Below, piece by piece: positions 26,701 through 40,284 of a stretch of DNA of 64,000 nucleotides (the first letter of the stretch is position 1; every line of letters starts with the position of its first letter). The notes beneath the pieces were generated by a model, which searched no databases, was not told where the DNA came from, and saw only the letters and a program-made list of their open reading frames with translations. Made by a program: the position numbers and the translations under genes. Origin of the DNA: Lama glama (Eukaryota); NCBI GenBank assembly GCA_028534125.1, contig CM052817.1, forward strand, positions 81,656,001 to 81,720,000, written 5' to 3'.

Positions 26701-28039
26701 CACTGAGCCGGCTGTCTATGAAATGCAAAACTCAGAGGAATTAGAAAAACATTAAATTAACTCACATAACAAATGCAAACTCCCTATGTTCAGACATGCT
26801 ATACTCTCAGTTTATGATCTCTGATTTTTCCCTGAGTGTGATTTCTACCCTGGTGAGAAGTCAGCAAGAGTTTATGGATGACCATTTACTATATTCTACA
26901 CTCATATGGGACCTATGACCTTTATACAAACAATTTAAGCATAGCTGTTCTTCATCACTCATCTTTGAAGGCGCCCCCTTCCCCTCTAGTTTATGGAGGA
27001 TAAAATTAAAACACAGGCAATACGCAACGGATTATAGCACTGAGCTTGAGCAGACCAAAATAATGTATCCTGGTAGTTCCAGGAATAATAATTCACCAAG
27101 GGGACAAGAGGAGACTCAGTTACACCCGCTCACAGGGGAGCCTGTAGACATATCCAGGAATTGAAGAATAGTGAGAAAAAGGATAAATGGTCATCATACT
27201 TTGCTTTGTTTAAATTCCTGATTAAAATACGTATGCATACTTAATGTGTGCATGTCCCTGCATGTATGTGTATGTACACACACATACTAGATATGTGTAC
27301 CCACATAATTTTTCATTCTTGTGTAGATGTCTTTGCTTAACAAAATATGGTTTTTCATTTGCTGAATGGCCTTTGTACTCAGTAATAAGTTTTTCAAAAA
27401 TAATACACTCAAACTAAATAATTTATTTGAAGGTAAGAGTCAAGCTGGGATATCTTCAGAGAAAGAGATATAAAATATTTGTTTGTTTTTTAATTAAAAT
27501 ATATAGTTTGAAATGAGGCAGGAAAATATCCAATTACTGGCTCTAGAATACCATGGGAAAAACAAGAAAAAACAAAAACAGAAGCCCTGTTGCCAGAACT
27601 AGATACAAGGAATAAGATAAAATTTAATTCAATTCTGAGCAATCTGACTTTAAAAATTAATATTTCTTTAATTTCTCCCAATTAAAGACACAATTGGTCC
27701 CCAAACCTAAGGTAGATCTGTTCTGTTGGCAGGTGTGAGTCAAAAGACCACAGCTTTGGAGAGAGGACGCTACAGAGCCTGGTGACAGCAAGGTTAGACT
27801 AATCACCTACTCTGTGTGCTTGAATCTAAATCCATTTGACAGTTTTACTTTATTCACATTTTTTTTGGAAATTCATCTTTAAAAGCTATTTTTAAATCTC
27901 TACGAGAAGTTCTTAGTCTCAATGTGTATGTATATATTATTATTACCATCTTTAAATTCACTTTATCAGAAGTAAAGCAAAAACTTTCCAGCAGACATAG
28001 AATGTGGAAGCGGGAAAGACTCAAAGATATAATCATATC

Positions 28040-28190
28040 TACTCCCCTCAAGTTACTAGTGACAAAAATGATGTCCAGAAATTTTAACTGACTTTTTCAA
28101 AGCCACGAAACCAGTTCATGGCAGAAAGGGAACTAGATGGAGTCTCTGGAATCCTGATCCAGTCATCCCCAAGTACCTCATGCTGCCTCA
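28040..28190 (-). mobile_element. MIR SINE
   Basis: 'ttaactgactttttcaaagccac..tggcagaaagggaactaga..catgctgcctc'. Confidence 0.65.
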
Positions 28191-28579
28191 CGTTGCCCTC
28201 ATGTGTCTGTCCTAAAAGACGCCTCATTTTTCTCCATCTTTGTATTTCTGACACTGTATTTTGTTAGCCCTCAGGAAGTCGGTGCCATTTCATAAGATGC
28301 TGGCTTAATTAAAAAATCACTTATTCTAACATATATACTCAAGTATATATAAATATATACATTATATATACCAAAGTATAAAATAAAACATATATTCATA
28401 TAAATGTGTTTAAATGAATATATTTGTATATTTTATACATATATAATATAACTACTGTCAATTTTATATAAAAGCCCCTAGAATTCTTTCAATTTAAAAT
28501 AATCTACATATATTTTTATTACATTTAACTCTAATAAAATACATCTGGTCAATGAAATTTGTTTTACTTTTAATTTGTC

Positions 28580-28712
28580 TGTTAATTAATCCATTCAACA
28601 AAGTTAAAGAGCTCTTGGTACTTACCTGCTAGTCTTCCAGGTACTAGAGAAATGTAATAATAATAATAAAAAGACAATAATTACATATCTAGTTCTTAAG
28701 GGGCTTACATTA
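28580..28712 (-). mobile_element. L2 LINE 3' end
   Basis: 'ccattcaacaaa..ccaggtactagaga..cttaaggggcttacatt'. Confidence 0.55.
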
Positions 28713-28979
28713 TAATTTTTTTCCTCTCATTTTTGGTAAAGGGCATGAAATTTTTCTTTGCAAAGAAAAACTGAAGAATAAAACATAGTGACTTAAATCG
28801 TGGAGTAAAAACAGCCAGTTTATGTGATTTTTCAGAATATATTTAGGTGCCCCATAAGCCTTACTAAATAGTCATCTCAGTTTGAGTTTTTAAACTTCCT
28901 GACATTCCTCTCATTTTATTAGGAGCATTTTTAAAATTTAGTTGAAAAAGACATAAAGTACTTTAAATCTTGAGTAATT

Positions 28980-29560
28980 GATATGTTTCAGAATCTATCA
29001 GTCCTGTGTCCACTTTTGCTTGTTGAAAACCGGTTACACAGTCTGCCAACCTCATTTGTCATACAATTGGATCCCGTGGCCGTAAACTGTTCCAGTTAAA
29101 AGTTTCTGTATATACTTGCAGTTTTCTCCCTATATATCACACGAATAAAAATGCTCCCAGATTCAGGTTCTTTGTTTTCACAAATTATAGTGAACTTATT
29201 AGGCATTATCAGAATTTATAAAATATTATTCAATTTGACAAAAGAAAATGATATCTTGCCAGTTTGATTTAGATTTTTTTAAATGATTGAGCTTGAATAC
29301 CTTTTCATATGCTTATGGGTCATTTATATTATTATTTCTTGTTTTTGTTAATCATCTATTTGCCCATTTTTTCCAACAGGAACCATGGTTTCTCAGTCTT
29401 TCTGTCTGTGATGTATGTCGTAATCTTTTTTCTTCTCAGCTTTTAATTTTTCTTACTCTTTATCATATTTTTCCATAGAAAATTTACATTTTTCATATGT
29501 AGTAGGTTTTCTTCATGAGTTTTTATTTTGCTTAGAAAAATCTATGTCTCCAATTTTTCT
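28980..29560 (-). mobile_element. Old L1 (L1ME-like) fragment
   Basis: 'ttgaataccttttcatatgcttatgggtcatttatatt..tttgcccattttt'. Confidence 0.6.
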
Positions 29561-31879
29561 TACTACAACAAAATATGGCATCAAATTCCGAAGAACATAC
29601 AGCTGGCCATAATATTTTCCAAGTATCTACATAGATTATACTGAATATATTACAGGTGTTTAAGGAGAGCTCCTGATAAAATTAAAGAACTTTTTAAGGG
29701 GGAGAAAGGCTTACATCCTATATCCACCACAAGTTTTTAGTGGGTTCAAGTGCTAGATATGTAAGTCCTTTTTGAAAAGGAGGGCTTTTATCTGTGTGAT
29801 CTCATCTCTCTCAAAGTTGTTATTATATAGAGCATTAGCTTCTTGAATCACAAGATGGGGTGCTTTTGAAAGAGTTTCAGTTTCTTGTGGTCGGTTCTCA
29901 GGAGTCTGATATTCACTGCATCACTCCCCTGCCAGGCAGAATGTGAACAGGTAATGGCATCAAGAACGGAAAGGCTCACAGAAGCTGGGGTCAGTGGTGA
30001 TTGGATATCGCATCATCCTGACAGTCTGTGAATTTATTTTTAAGGAATTTGAGTGCACCTGAGGACAAGGAAGGACGACTAGGCTGCTGTCTTCTGATGG
30101 CCCTCAGCAACTCAGCCCTGACTCCAGCTCACAGTTCTTACACTTGAAATTCTCATTGGAAGAATGGGCATCCTGCTGGTAACAGATTCTAGAAATAAAG
30201 ATCCAAGTTTTTCCTCTGTAATTTATGGGAGCACTATTTCAGTGGCTCTTGTGGAAGGGAATAAAGTGGGGAAAACAAGTGCCAAGAAATTAAAAAGCAG
30301 CAAAAACAAAGCCTTGTCTCTAAAAGAATCTACCCTTGATAGCAATCAAGTTATTGACCAACTACTAGTCTTAAGCAAGTCTCTAAGGAATCTGACCCTC
30401 TAACTGGAGGGGCTTGTCAAGCTCTTTCTTCCAGTTGTGTGCTGCTGCAGTCTTCTGGGGAGCAGTTCTGGTAAATACAATTTTGCCTCTCAGAATACAT
30501 CCTTCTCGGCTTGCTGCCTCAGGCATCTGCTTTACTGACCCGCTCCTTAATCCACATCTGTTGACAGAAAATCGAAGCCGCTCACAGAAATTAAGTTGCG
30601 GTAGAGAGAGGGGGAAAGGGCAGGCATATGTTCTAATGACACAGAAGCAAGGATGAAGTGAGCTGGCATGATTCAGGGAAGAAAAGCAGCAGCAAACACC
30701 TCATGAAGTCACAGAACCCATCCATTTGACTGGAGATCTTGTGCCGTCTTGGAGGCAGAGTCCAGAGGAAACTGATGGACGATGCGGGTACTCACTGTAG
30801 CGTGTGCAGCGCCAGTTCAGTCTACTAATGGCACCACCTTTGACATGATGGACAGTGAAACAAGATTGAATTAATAGGCATTTGTGATCTTTCACCTGAA
30901 AAAGGGATTCACCCACATTTTTTGTTATCTTCTTTTTGTTCTGCCAATAATTAATGTACCATCAGAACAATTGAAGAAAGGAGTATTAAAGGGAAGTCAG
31001 TTACTCCTGTACTGAGTGTGACTTCATAATCTGGAGGAGCACTTTTGATATGAATTCAAGAAATAATAGAATGTGTACATTGTGAAACAATCAGCTTTTT
31101 GAAATAATGCAAAAAAAAATAAAAGTATGCTTGTGATTCTGTCTATGTGGTGCTAAATTTTTACAGTGTTTAACTGATCTAATCTCTTAAGTGTAATTGT
31201 GTTTATTCTTTCTCTCAATACTCATTTCCAAGGTACCGGGAAACGTGACACTTTCTCCTAGCACTTGATCTATGTAACACCAGTTCTCAGTCTCAAAAGC
31301 AGCAAAGTCTGACAGCAGTTTACAATTCTTGCAGTGACATACTGAGAAGATTAAATTGTCAAACTTGTAATGCTTTTTTTTTTTTGATAGCTCTTTTCTT
31401 TTGGGAAACTTTAAAATAGGAATTCAGATTTTAGCAAGAGAATAATTATACCCCTTCAATTAGAGGAGGTACTATTGATAAAAGTTTGTTCAGTAATATT
31501 AACTCTATTTGTGTAATTTAATTCTGAATAAAAGAATATAATAAGACAAGGTAGATTTTAACGTATAAAGACTGTTATAAAATAGACTGTAAAAACAAAT
31601 TGAGATATTGAGCTTTCTTATTTCAGGCCTATCCAAAAAAGTAGGGACTTCAGTCTGAGAATTAGAATTTAAATATTCTTGAAATGTCTTGTAGTCATGA
31701 TCTCTTATGCTAGTTCCAAATATTTGACCAGGGAATAACACAATTTTAAATGGGGTTTAAAATTTAGTTTAAAAATATACGGTGAACAGTATTTTTCAAG
31801 TACTGAGATGGAATATCCAGGTTTACACACACACTTTACACATATACATTCTCCATGCATTGTTTCAAACTATTAACTA

Positions 31880-32220
31880 GATATTAAGCAGTATAATTTG
31901 CCGTGAAGACGCAGAAACCACCACAAAGACGACTTAGTCAATGACCTCTGTGGTGTAAGATTTCACTTGGAAGCCACTAACAAAAACTCCTATTGCTGTC
32001 TATTCATTCTCAAGTCTGCTGCCCCTGAAGTACACGAATTAAACTTCTCTTTCACTTGTAAATCTCACACTAGTGGCACTCATTGGAAAAAAGGGGATCC
32101 TACTGAGAAGGGATTCTAGAACTGATGCTCCAGGTTTTTCCTCCACAATTCAGGGGAGCACCATTTATAAGTGGCTGTTGTGGAAGGGAAGAAAGCTGAA
32201 CTGACAGCCATCTATCACAA
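31880..32220 (-). mobile_element. Old ERVL-type LTR fragment (LTR33/LTR50-like)
   Basis: 'gagaagggattctagaa' and terminal 'gctgaactgacagccatctatcaca'. Confidence 0.4.
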
Positions 32221-33698
32221 TTGTGCGGGATGTTTTACATCACGCTAGGGCGGTTACAATGTAATCAATAGGTGACCTATTCTATGTTCTGTTTAGGCAT
32301 TAGAATGACGTGAACAGATTTATTTTTTAGAAATCAGTGATGTTAGTAGAATATATTTGTTTCCAATCTTCATTCCCTGTCTGTTCTGTTCATCACTTAT
32401 TTAGACATAGAGATCAAAATCTTTTGATTTCCTGATGACTCCAATCTTTTTCTGATGACCTTTTTATTCTGCTAATTCAGAGTTAAATATTTGGTTTGGT
32501 CCAGCTCCTGTGTGTCAATTAATTTAAAGATAATTCTGTTTAATAAGCACATATGAGTCACCTACCATGGACTTGACAGTCTTTGAGACCAAAGACAGTA
32601 GATAATTAAAAATGAATAAATTAAATGAATAATTAAAAATTATATATTATCTTTAGTCTTTTAAGAGAGATTAGATTTGCAAAGATGAAATAATTATATA
32701 TGAAGTACTTTTAGAATTATATAAACTAAATGATAAATTAAAGTTGACTTCGTACAAAAGATGCTAAGTTCAAAGTAAAAACAAAACAAAAAGTTTGGCG
32801 CTAATATCAGTGTTGACTATTTTCTCCAGGAGGTTGGAGGATAGATGAGATGATTATAATTTTTCTTTTGTGTGGTTGAAGAGGGAAGAATGTGATCCTT
32901 ACAAATGTGAATTGTTATAAAGAACAATTAAAGCAGTATATAAGAATGCGATATGAAATTGTAGATTGTACTTCTATAAACCTCTACTCAGAGTTCCAAT
33001 TTTCAAGATTTACCAGTTTTCATCACTGCACATTTGCATAACTCTGGTGCATTCTTCTGTACTTCTGTAGTTCCAAGTCTATTTCTTGGCTTATCATCTT
33101 TAAGTTGTGTCTCATCATTTTCTCTCATGGAGAATGAGGAGCATACTTAACACTTCTCCATTCCAATGGCCTATTCCCTTTGATCCAATACTTTCAGTTA
33201 TTTTGTTTTGCTATTGGTACACTTTATAACTTAAATCCTTATTTCTTTGTCCATCAAATTCTGAAAGTTCCTATTATGTCTCTATTAAATATAGTGAAGA
33301 CATTAGTCTGCCTCCAATTCTTTACCTAACTTAAACACTCAATTCTGCGTCACCATTATTCTTACATTGTGAAAAATTAAATTATAGAGTTTATATTTTC
33401 ATCTATAACTTTATTAAATCATCCATGTTTTATTTACAAGTTAATTCTAAAATCTGACAACTATGAAACTGCATTTAAAATATTAAGGTTGTTGGAAGAT
33501 TAATATTTACAGAGATAAATCATGTGATAAATGTCCTGAGAAACCATCAGTGAGGAAAACAACAAATAATGTAACAATAGTGAGGTGAAAAATGAATACT
33601 TTCCCCAAATTCCACCAATTAAGAAAATAACTCCAAATTTTTGTTAGCTTCAACATTTTGTTCATGATTTCTCCACCATTTGTTTACCTTGGAATTTC

Positions 33699-33834
33699 TT
33701 TTTTTTTAATTTTTAATTTTATTCTTCAAATTTTATTTTATTTTGTTATTATTTTTTTAACGGAGGTGCTGGGGATTGAACCCAGGACCTTGTGCATGCT
33801 AAGCATGCACTCTACCACTAAGCTGTGCCCTCCC
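33699..33834 (-). mobile_element. tRNA-derived SINE (camelid Vic-1-like)
   Basis: Minus strand 'gggagggcacagcttagtggtagagtgcatgcttagcatgcacaaggtcctgggttcaatccccagcacctcc' with Pol III A/B boxes and an A-rich tail; TSD cttggaatttc at 33688-33698 and 33841-33851. Confidence 0.9.
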
Positions 33835-33859
33835 TGCTAACTTGGAATTTCAAATCGTG

Positions 33860-34520
33860 TTCAGTTTTGTTGGCAAGTATATATCTATGTGCCTTATGTG
33901 CTTACCTTAGAACTAAGATTATCCTTCTGGTCAGTTAAATCCAGTTCCTTCTTGAGGTACAATTCTTGGAGCTTGTTCAATTACTGTTCTAATTTTGATC
34001 AGTTTATTTTTTGGATTATCAAATGGCAATCCTGGAATGTCTTTTTATTACACTTAACAGGCGAAGAAACTTTCACTGTTTCTTGAAATTTGTGATGTCT
34101 ACTCAGTTGTAACCATTTAATTCTTACTGTGTTCTACTGAAACTTTTCCTCCAGTAACTTTTTAAAAAGAGGTTAAGGAAAGTAAACTTTCCCATTAATT
34201 ACAAGTCTAAAAATATCTTTAATTTGTCCCTACACTTGTCCAATAATTTTGCTGGTAAATGGCATTCGTTTTTTTCTTCTTTTTTTTTTTGGCATTGTTA
34301 CAAGTTAAAATTCTAAAGTCATTCTTATTCTTTACCTCTGTGTGATCTATTTTGTTGTTTTCTTACTTCTCTATTAATCTTAACGATTCTGTGATTTGTC
34401 TGGAGGTGGCTTTTTCAGCTACTGAATGGGTATTTAGTGTGATATTCCCATTTTATGCTTATGTCTTGCATTATTCTTCTAATAATTTTCACCTCTATTT
34501 TGTTTATTCTATCCAGGAAT
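33860..34520 (-). mobile_element. HAL1 / old L1 fragment
   Basis: 'gtctaaaaatatctttaatttgtccctacacttg..aattttgctgg' resembles reverse HAL1/L1 ORF1 sequence. Confidence 0.45.
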
Positions 34521-34539
34521 TTGCTCTAAAGACTCTGCT

Positions 34540-35889
34540 AATAAATATTCAGAAGAAAATGAGAAGCAAGGTAGAGATTATATATATCATATTAGAAAAC
34601 ACCTAAATTATCATAAGCACACTGATGGAAGAAATATGGACCATGAAGGTAGTGCTGGGGAGAGCTAAAATGGAAATAAGAAATACATTATTGGAAACTG
34701 GAGGCAACATTACCTAGTGTTGTAAAGTGGCAGAAAAAGTAACTGACTTGTGTTCTGCAGTTATGTGGCGAGCAACACATGGACATGATAAACTCAGACA
34801 CTTAGCAGAGATTTCCAAAAATAGGATTGAAATTACGACTGGCTCCTTCTCACTGCCTAGAGTAAAATATGAGAGGACAGAGATGGATTGAGTAAAAATC
34901 TGTTAGGCAAAGATCACCTCTAGAACTTGATGATCTGGGAAATTCTCAGTCTATCCAGATTGCTAAAATTAGAAGACTCATTGCTAGGAAAGCAGGCTCC
35001 AGAGAGTAAGCCCAGAGCATGACTGGACCACCTTTTGCTCGTATCTGGGAAGGACTAAGAGATCAGAGTATTCCTTCACAGACAGGGCTTTTTGAAAGAT
35101 TAGGTCCACGACTCACGGATTGCCCTTAGTCATTTTAGCAGAATTCAAAAATAGAGATGAGATTATACAGGAAAGGTTGGTGGAGGAGCCCCTTGTCTGA
35201 CTGAGTGATGCCAGGGCACATACACTGGAGATCTACAAGGCTCCGGAGAATGCTGTCTCAGCAGAAACACTGCCAGCTTGGACTGAAAGAGACAGACTAA
35301 GGACATAATAAAACAAGACTATGAGATTCGCCCAATTCTACTCAAAGGAAACAAGCAAATAACACTACTCAGCTACAAAAACGTGCTATCCTTCAAAAAA
35401 AAGGAAAAGTCAATCCAAGGTCAGAGACCGGGGCTCAGATAGAGGAAACTTAAGATGCAAATGATTACACGCAGGCCTTGAAACCTATGGGAGTTTGTTA
35501 GGCTGCATTTTGAGATCTCTTGAGACCAATGACTCCTCTTTTCCTTGTATTTCTTCCACTTAGCATAGTAATGTCTATATCTGGTATCCTATGCCTGCCC
35601 CATCATTGCATTTGGAAGTAGATACCTTGCATTCTAGTTTCCTAGGTCTGCATATGGAAAGGAATTTTGCCTCAAGATACATTATACTAAGGGCCTCACT
35701 GTAGCTAATGTAGATGATTTAGATGATACATTTGGGATATTTAGGCTGGTAAGACTTAAGTGAGATTTAAACTTGAGTTAATGATACTAAGTTAATGAAC
35801 TTGAGTTAAGGTTTTGGTGGAGTTCAAGAGGGAGTGAATGCATTTTGCACGTGGGACAAATGTGAATCCTTGGGTGCCAGGGGGCAGAT
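34540..35889 (+). mobile_element. MaLR MLT1 internal region
   Basis: 'ttattggaaactggagg..gtaaagtggcagaaaa', 'cttctcactgcctagagtaaaat', ending 'gtgaatccttgggtgccagggggcagat' directly before the LTR. Confidence 0.8.
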
Positions 35890-36298
35890 TGTGGTAGGGT
35901 AAATCATGGCTGCCTGAAGAATCCATTCTCCTCCAGAATCTATTAATGTGTTGCCTGAATAGCAAAAGGGACTTTACAGGTATGATTAAGTTAAGGGTGT
36001 TGCCATGGGACAATTAGCCTAGATTATGCAGGTGGACCTCATGTTGTCACAAGGGTCCTGGTAAGAGGAGGGTCAGAGTGAGAAAAGAAAAGAAAATGTG
36101 ATGATAGAAGCAAAGATGGAAGCGACATGGCCACAAGCCAGGGAATGCAGATAACTACTAGAAGCTGGAAGAAGCAAGGAGCAGATCTCTAGAACTTGCT
36201 GACACCAAAATTTAATCCAGTGAAACTGATTTCAGACTTCTGTTCTCTAGAACTGTAAAATAGTAAACTGGTGGTACTTTGTTACAGCACAGCAGACG
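35890..36298 (+). mobile_element. MLT1C/D-like LTR (3' LTR of the preceding internal region)
   Basis: 'tgtggtagg..caaaagggactttacaggtatgattaagttaag..ccacaagccagggaatgc..tagaagctggaagaagcaagga..ttgttacagca'. Confidence 0.85.
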
Positions 36299-36499
36299 GT
36301 TATTAAAAGAGGAGTGCTATGTATTGTCCCCATAACTCTCCAATGTATTGGTTGTGTGGTCAGTAACCTTGAGGAATGGAGAAGTCGTGGCAGCTAAATA
36401 TGACTTAAATAAATGGAAAAATATATCAGGGTAGGAGCTTTTAAGATTCAAGTTCAGTGCTTTAGTTAGTGCAATCATTGCCATTGATGCAAAGAATAG

Positions 36500-38560
36500 T
36501 ATATAATTCCTCATGTTAAATAGCATATTCATGAAAAAGAAAAAGAGGGCACATTCACCAAATTCATTTCTTGAGACTAGTTCAAAAAACACAACAAAAA
36601 ACATGATAGAATAATATTACAAAACAAAATTACCAACCAGTCTTCTTATTAACATTAAACAATCTAAACAAGATACTAATAAATCAAACATACGATGATC
36701 AAGTGGGATTTACACTAGGTACACATAATTGATTTAATCCCCAAAAATTAGTCAGTGTGAATCATGACATTAACAGATCTAAGCAGAAAAAAGTGTATGA
36801 TTATTTTAAAAGATGCATAAAAAGTGATAGCTAAAAATATCAGATTAGGAAATATTTATAAGGACAGCTCTTTAATTTTTATAAAAGAATCTACATTTAA
36901 AAAATCATACTTAATTATGATACACTGAAAATCTTATCTTTCAGAGAGGAAATAAAACAAATATGTTCATCATTGCCACTTCAGTTCAATTAAGTTCTTA
37001 TTAGAGGTCTAAACCAGTGTGTTAACAGAGGTTAAAAAAAATGATACGTCTAAAGATTATGAAGAAAGCACTCTTTATTTACCACTTATGTCCATGTAGT
37101 TGGAATTTGAAAATATTTATGAATACATTTTTAGTGTAATATGAGAATTTAGGAAGATTCTGAACAGAAAAATCACTAGTTCTCTGAAAAATATTTTGTA
37201 TTTACATGCTAGAAATTCACAACTAAAAATCAAATTTTATAAAATTTTATTTTAAATCATCAAAAATATTTCATAAGAAAAGTCAAGTAATATATGCAAT
37301 TTCTTTATGAATAAATATAATTATTTAATAGAGGAAATTAAATACGACTTAAATAAATGGAAAAATACACAAAGTTCATGGACTCAAACACTCAATATTG
37401 TAAAAATAGAAGTTTTTCACAAGTTGATATATAGTGCTTACATAATTCAATCCATTTTTTTCTTTTTTCCTTCTTTATTATTTAGAAGTTGAAAGGCTGA
37501 TTCTAAAATTATTTTGCAAATGTAAACGCTAAAAATATAATAGAGTATCCTTGAAGAAAACAAGGAAAAGTTGAAATACTTGTTCTTCCAGATAATAAGA
37601 CGTATTAAAAAGCTTTGGTAATCACGCCTTGGTGTATACCCTAGAGAAATGAAAACAGAGAACCACATAAAGGCTTTTATTTTCATAAAACAATATTTAT
37701 AATATAGCTAAAATTTGAAATCGACATGTTGAGGGTTGAATCGTACTCCCTCAAAATTCATATATTGTACTCTTAACCCCTAGTACCTAAGAATATGACT
37801 TTACTTAGAAATAGGGTTATTGCAGGTGTAATTAGTTAAGGTGAAGTCATGTTGAGGTAGGATGGGTCCCCTAATCAATATGACTGGGGTCCTGATAAAA
37901 AAGAGCATTTTGGACAAAATATACCTACATGGAGAATGCCGTGCAAATGTGAAGAGAGACTGGGGTGATGTGTTTACAAGCCACATAATGACAAAAGATT
38001 AACAGCAAACCAGGCATGGGACAGATTCTCCATAGCTTCAAAAGGAACCACCCTAGCCAACACCTTGATTTTGGACTTCCAACCTCCAGAACAGTAAGAC
38101 AATCAATTTCTGTTTAAGCCACCCAGTTTGTGACTAATACACAACCCAAGTGTCAGTCAGCTGATAAATAACTAAACGTATCATGCTTTATCTTTATAAG
38201 TGATGTATGGAATGAAGTAGTAATATCCACAACTACAGAGATGAATCTGAAAAACATTAAGCTGTGTGAAAGAAGTATAACAAAATACAATATTCTGTAT
38301 AGTTCCATTCATGTGAAACTCTAAAAAGTTAATGCTAGTAACTTGAAGCAAATGAGTGGATATCTGGGGGCTGAGATTCAGGAAATTGGAATGACTTCAA
38401 AGAGGCATGAGGAAATTTGTTGTGGTGATATAAATCTTCTATGTCTTGATTTTAGTCATAATGACACGGTTAATGCATTTGTCCAATCTCATCAAACACA
38501 CTATTAGTTGATAAATTGTATTGTATGTATATTGTGTTTCAGTACAGCTGGGTGTTTCAG
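36500..38560 (+). mobile_element. Old L1 ORF2 and 3' end, interrupted by an MLT1B-like LTR
   Basis: ORF 37307-37492 reads EEIKYDLNKWKNTQSSWTQTLNIVK, similar to L1 ORF2 EIKEDTNKWKNIPCSW..NIVK; also 'gatcaagtgggattta' and 3' motifs 'gatgaatctgaaaaacatta'. Confidence 0.8.
37727..38141 (+). mobile_element. MLT1B-like solo LTR nested in L1
   Basis: 'tgttgagggttgaatcgtactccctcaaaattcatat..gaaatagggttattgcaggtgtaattagttaag..ccaacaccttgattttggacttcc..ctaataca'; degenerate 5-bp TSD cgaca/caacc. Confidence 0.9.
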
Positions 38561-38769
38561 CTCAGGAATAGACAAAAACACCAAGGAAATATAATAGATT
38601 TTCCCAAAACAAACCCATACATGAATGGATACTTTATATATGACTGAGGTGTCACAGTAGAATGGTGGAGGAAAGGGTGATGTTTTAAGTAAATGTTGCT
38701 GAGCATATTAGATATCCATAAGGGAAAAAAAAGGCCCTGTTGAAGACAATTATATTTAATCCCTTCTCA

Positions 38770-39085
38770 CAGTTCTTTCCCACTCTAATCTGGCCACAAC
38801 TTCCACGTGGACAGAATGTATATTCTTGTCTGAATAATTTTCATCTTGGCCATGTAGTTTGCTTTAATCAATAGAATGTGGGCTCTCCCAGCCTGAGTGG
38901 TAGGATGAGGGTCATATGACACAGACTGGAACCAAATCTTCAGTCTGGAAAGCCTAGTTACGCCATTGCTAAACCACATACAGCAAGAATGAAGCCACAG
39001 ACCTGTGAATGAAAAATCAAGGTGACTGTCGTTAGTCACTGGAATTTTAATGTTGTGTGTTACCCAGAAAAATCTTATTACTATA
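38770..39085 (+). mobile_element. Old MLT1 LTR fragment within L1 sequence
   Basis: 'ggccatgtagtttgctttaatcaatagaatgtggg', 'ccacagacctgtgaatgaaaaatcaa..agtcactggaattttaatgttgtgtgttac'. Confidence 0.6.
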
Positions 39086-39137
39086 GACCCCTACTTCACA
39101 ACATACAAAAAAATCCATCTACATGTGAATTATATGT

Positions 39138-39240
39138 AAGATGACCATATATTTTATCATCTAAATTGGGATGTTATTAAGAATGAAAAAGGTACAATTG
39201 AGTATCCTGGGCAATAGCACAAAAACAATTGTAACTAAAA
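39138..39240 (+). mobile_element. hAT-Blackjack DNA transposon remnant (MER94-like)
   Basis: 'gatgaccatatattttatcatctaaattgggatgttattaagaatgaaa'. Confidence 0.5.
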
Positions 39241-39289
39241 GACTCTTCACATGTGTGTGGAAAGCCAAGAAGCCACTGGATTCACAGTG

Positions 39290-39440
39290 CAGGCTAAGTC
39301 AGTTTGCTTGAGTCCTTGTTTCCTCATTCATAAACCAAAGGTGAAAACACAAGCTCTTTCTACTTCTCAGGACTTTTGTAAAATCAAATGAAATAATGTG
39401 AGGGCATGTTTAAAGGTATTCATGAAAGAGTTCTTGTTAT
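39290..39440 (+). mobile_element. MIR SINE
   Basis: 'ttgtttcctcattcataaa..tctcaggacttttgtaaaatcaaatgaaataatg'. Confidence 0.65.
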
Positions 39441-40284
39441 TATGGATACTTAATCATTAATATCATGTTTTGGAAAGAATTTTTGTTATGGTTGCCATTT
39501 GATCATTTGTTAAGGAACGCAGGCAGTTCTTTTGACTTGTGCCTCTAATTCCGATATTCAGTTACAAATAAACATGATTTGTTTGCTAATAAAATACTGT
39601 TATGTGGATAGTGACGATATGCCTGATACATGAAGTTATTATGCTGGTATACGTATATGCTTATGTTTTCATGGACTTCCAGTTATGTGGATATATTTAT
39701 TAGATTTGGACTTTGTAAAAAAGATAAAAACTAAAGACTGCTTCAACATATTGACAGATGGAAAATGTGGGAAAAGAGTGAGCCATTGGATGATTAAATT
39801 GTCATAAAACAAAAAAAACACCAAGGACTGTATGATTTTTAATTTTTCAAAATCTTTCCCAAAGAATCAACTTCTCTTTACTTAAGTGATGACTTAAAAA
39901 ATTTAGAACAAGCTCTTTGTAACTTCTGACCTCAGGTTTTATTTCTTCTTCTGTAATATGGAAATCAAAATAATTATTCCTTAATAACTTTATATAATTC
40001 TAATTTTTAACACTATATTTTTATGCAGACTATTTATGAAAAAAGTCAACTATTCAACTAATACAGTCTGAATTGAGTAAACTTTTCTTAAAAAGGGAAG
40101 GCTATGAAGAAGTAAAAATGAGTAAGAATGAAAATATTTTGTCTATAGTATTAGGTGTGTCCTTCCTTAAGCAAACATTGCATTTTTGCATTAACATGCT
40201 TGGTAAACACTTGAAAATAGTTTGATGATTTTTCAGTGTCGTGACAGTTTTTAGCAGGATTACAAGTCTTACAAGTGGAACTCT

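Noticed and set aside
29902..29950. Possible 49-nt plus-strand exon (tctcag|...cag|gtaatg)
   Set aside because: Weak polypyrimidine tract, no recognisable peptide and no partner exons.
33762..33834. tRNA gene (Ala-like)
   Set aside because: Has an A-rich tail and TSD, and a second similar copy occurs at 62881; it is a SINE.
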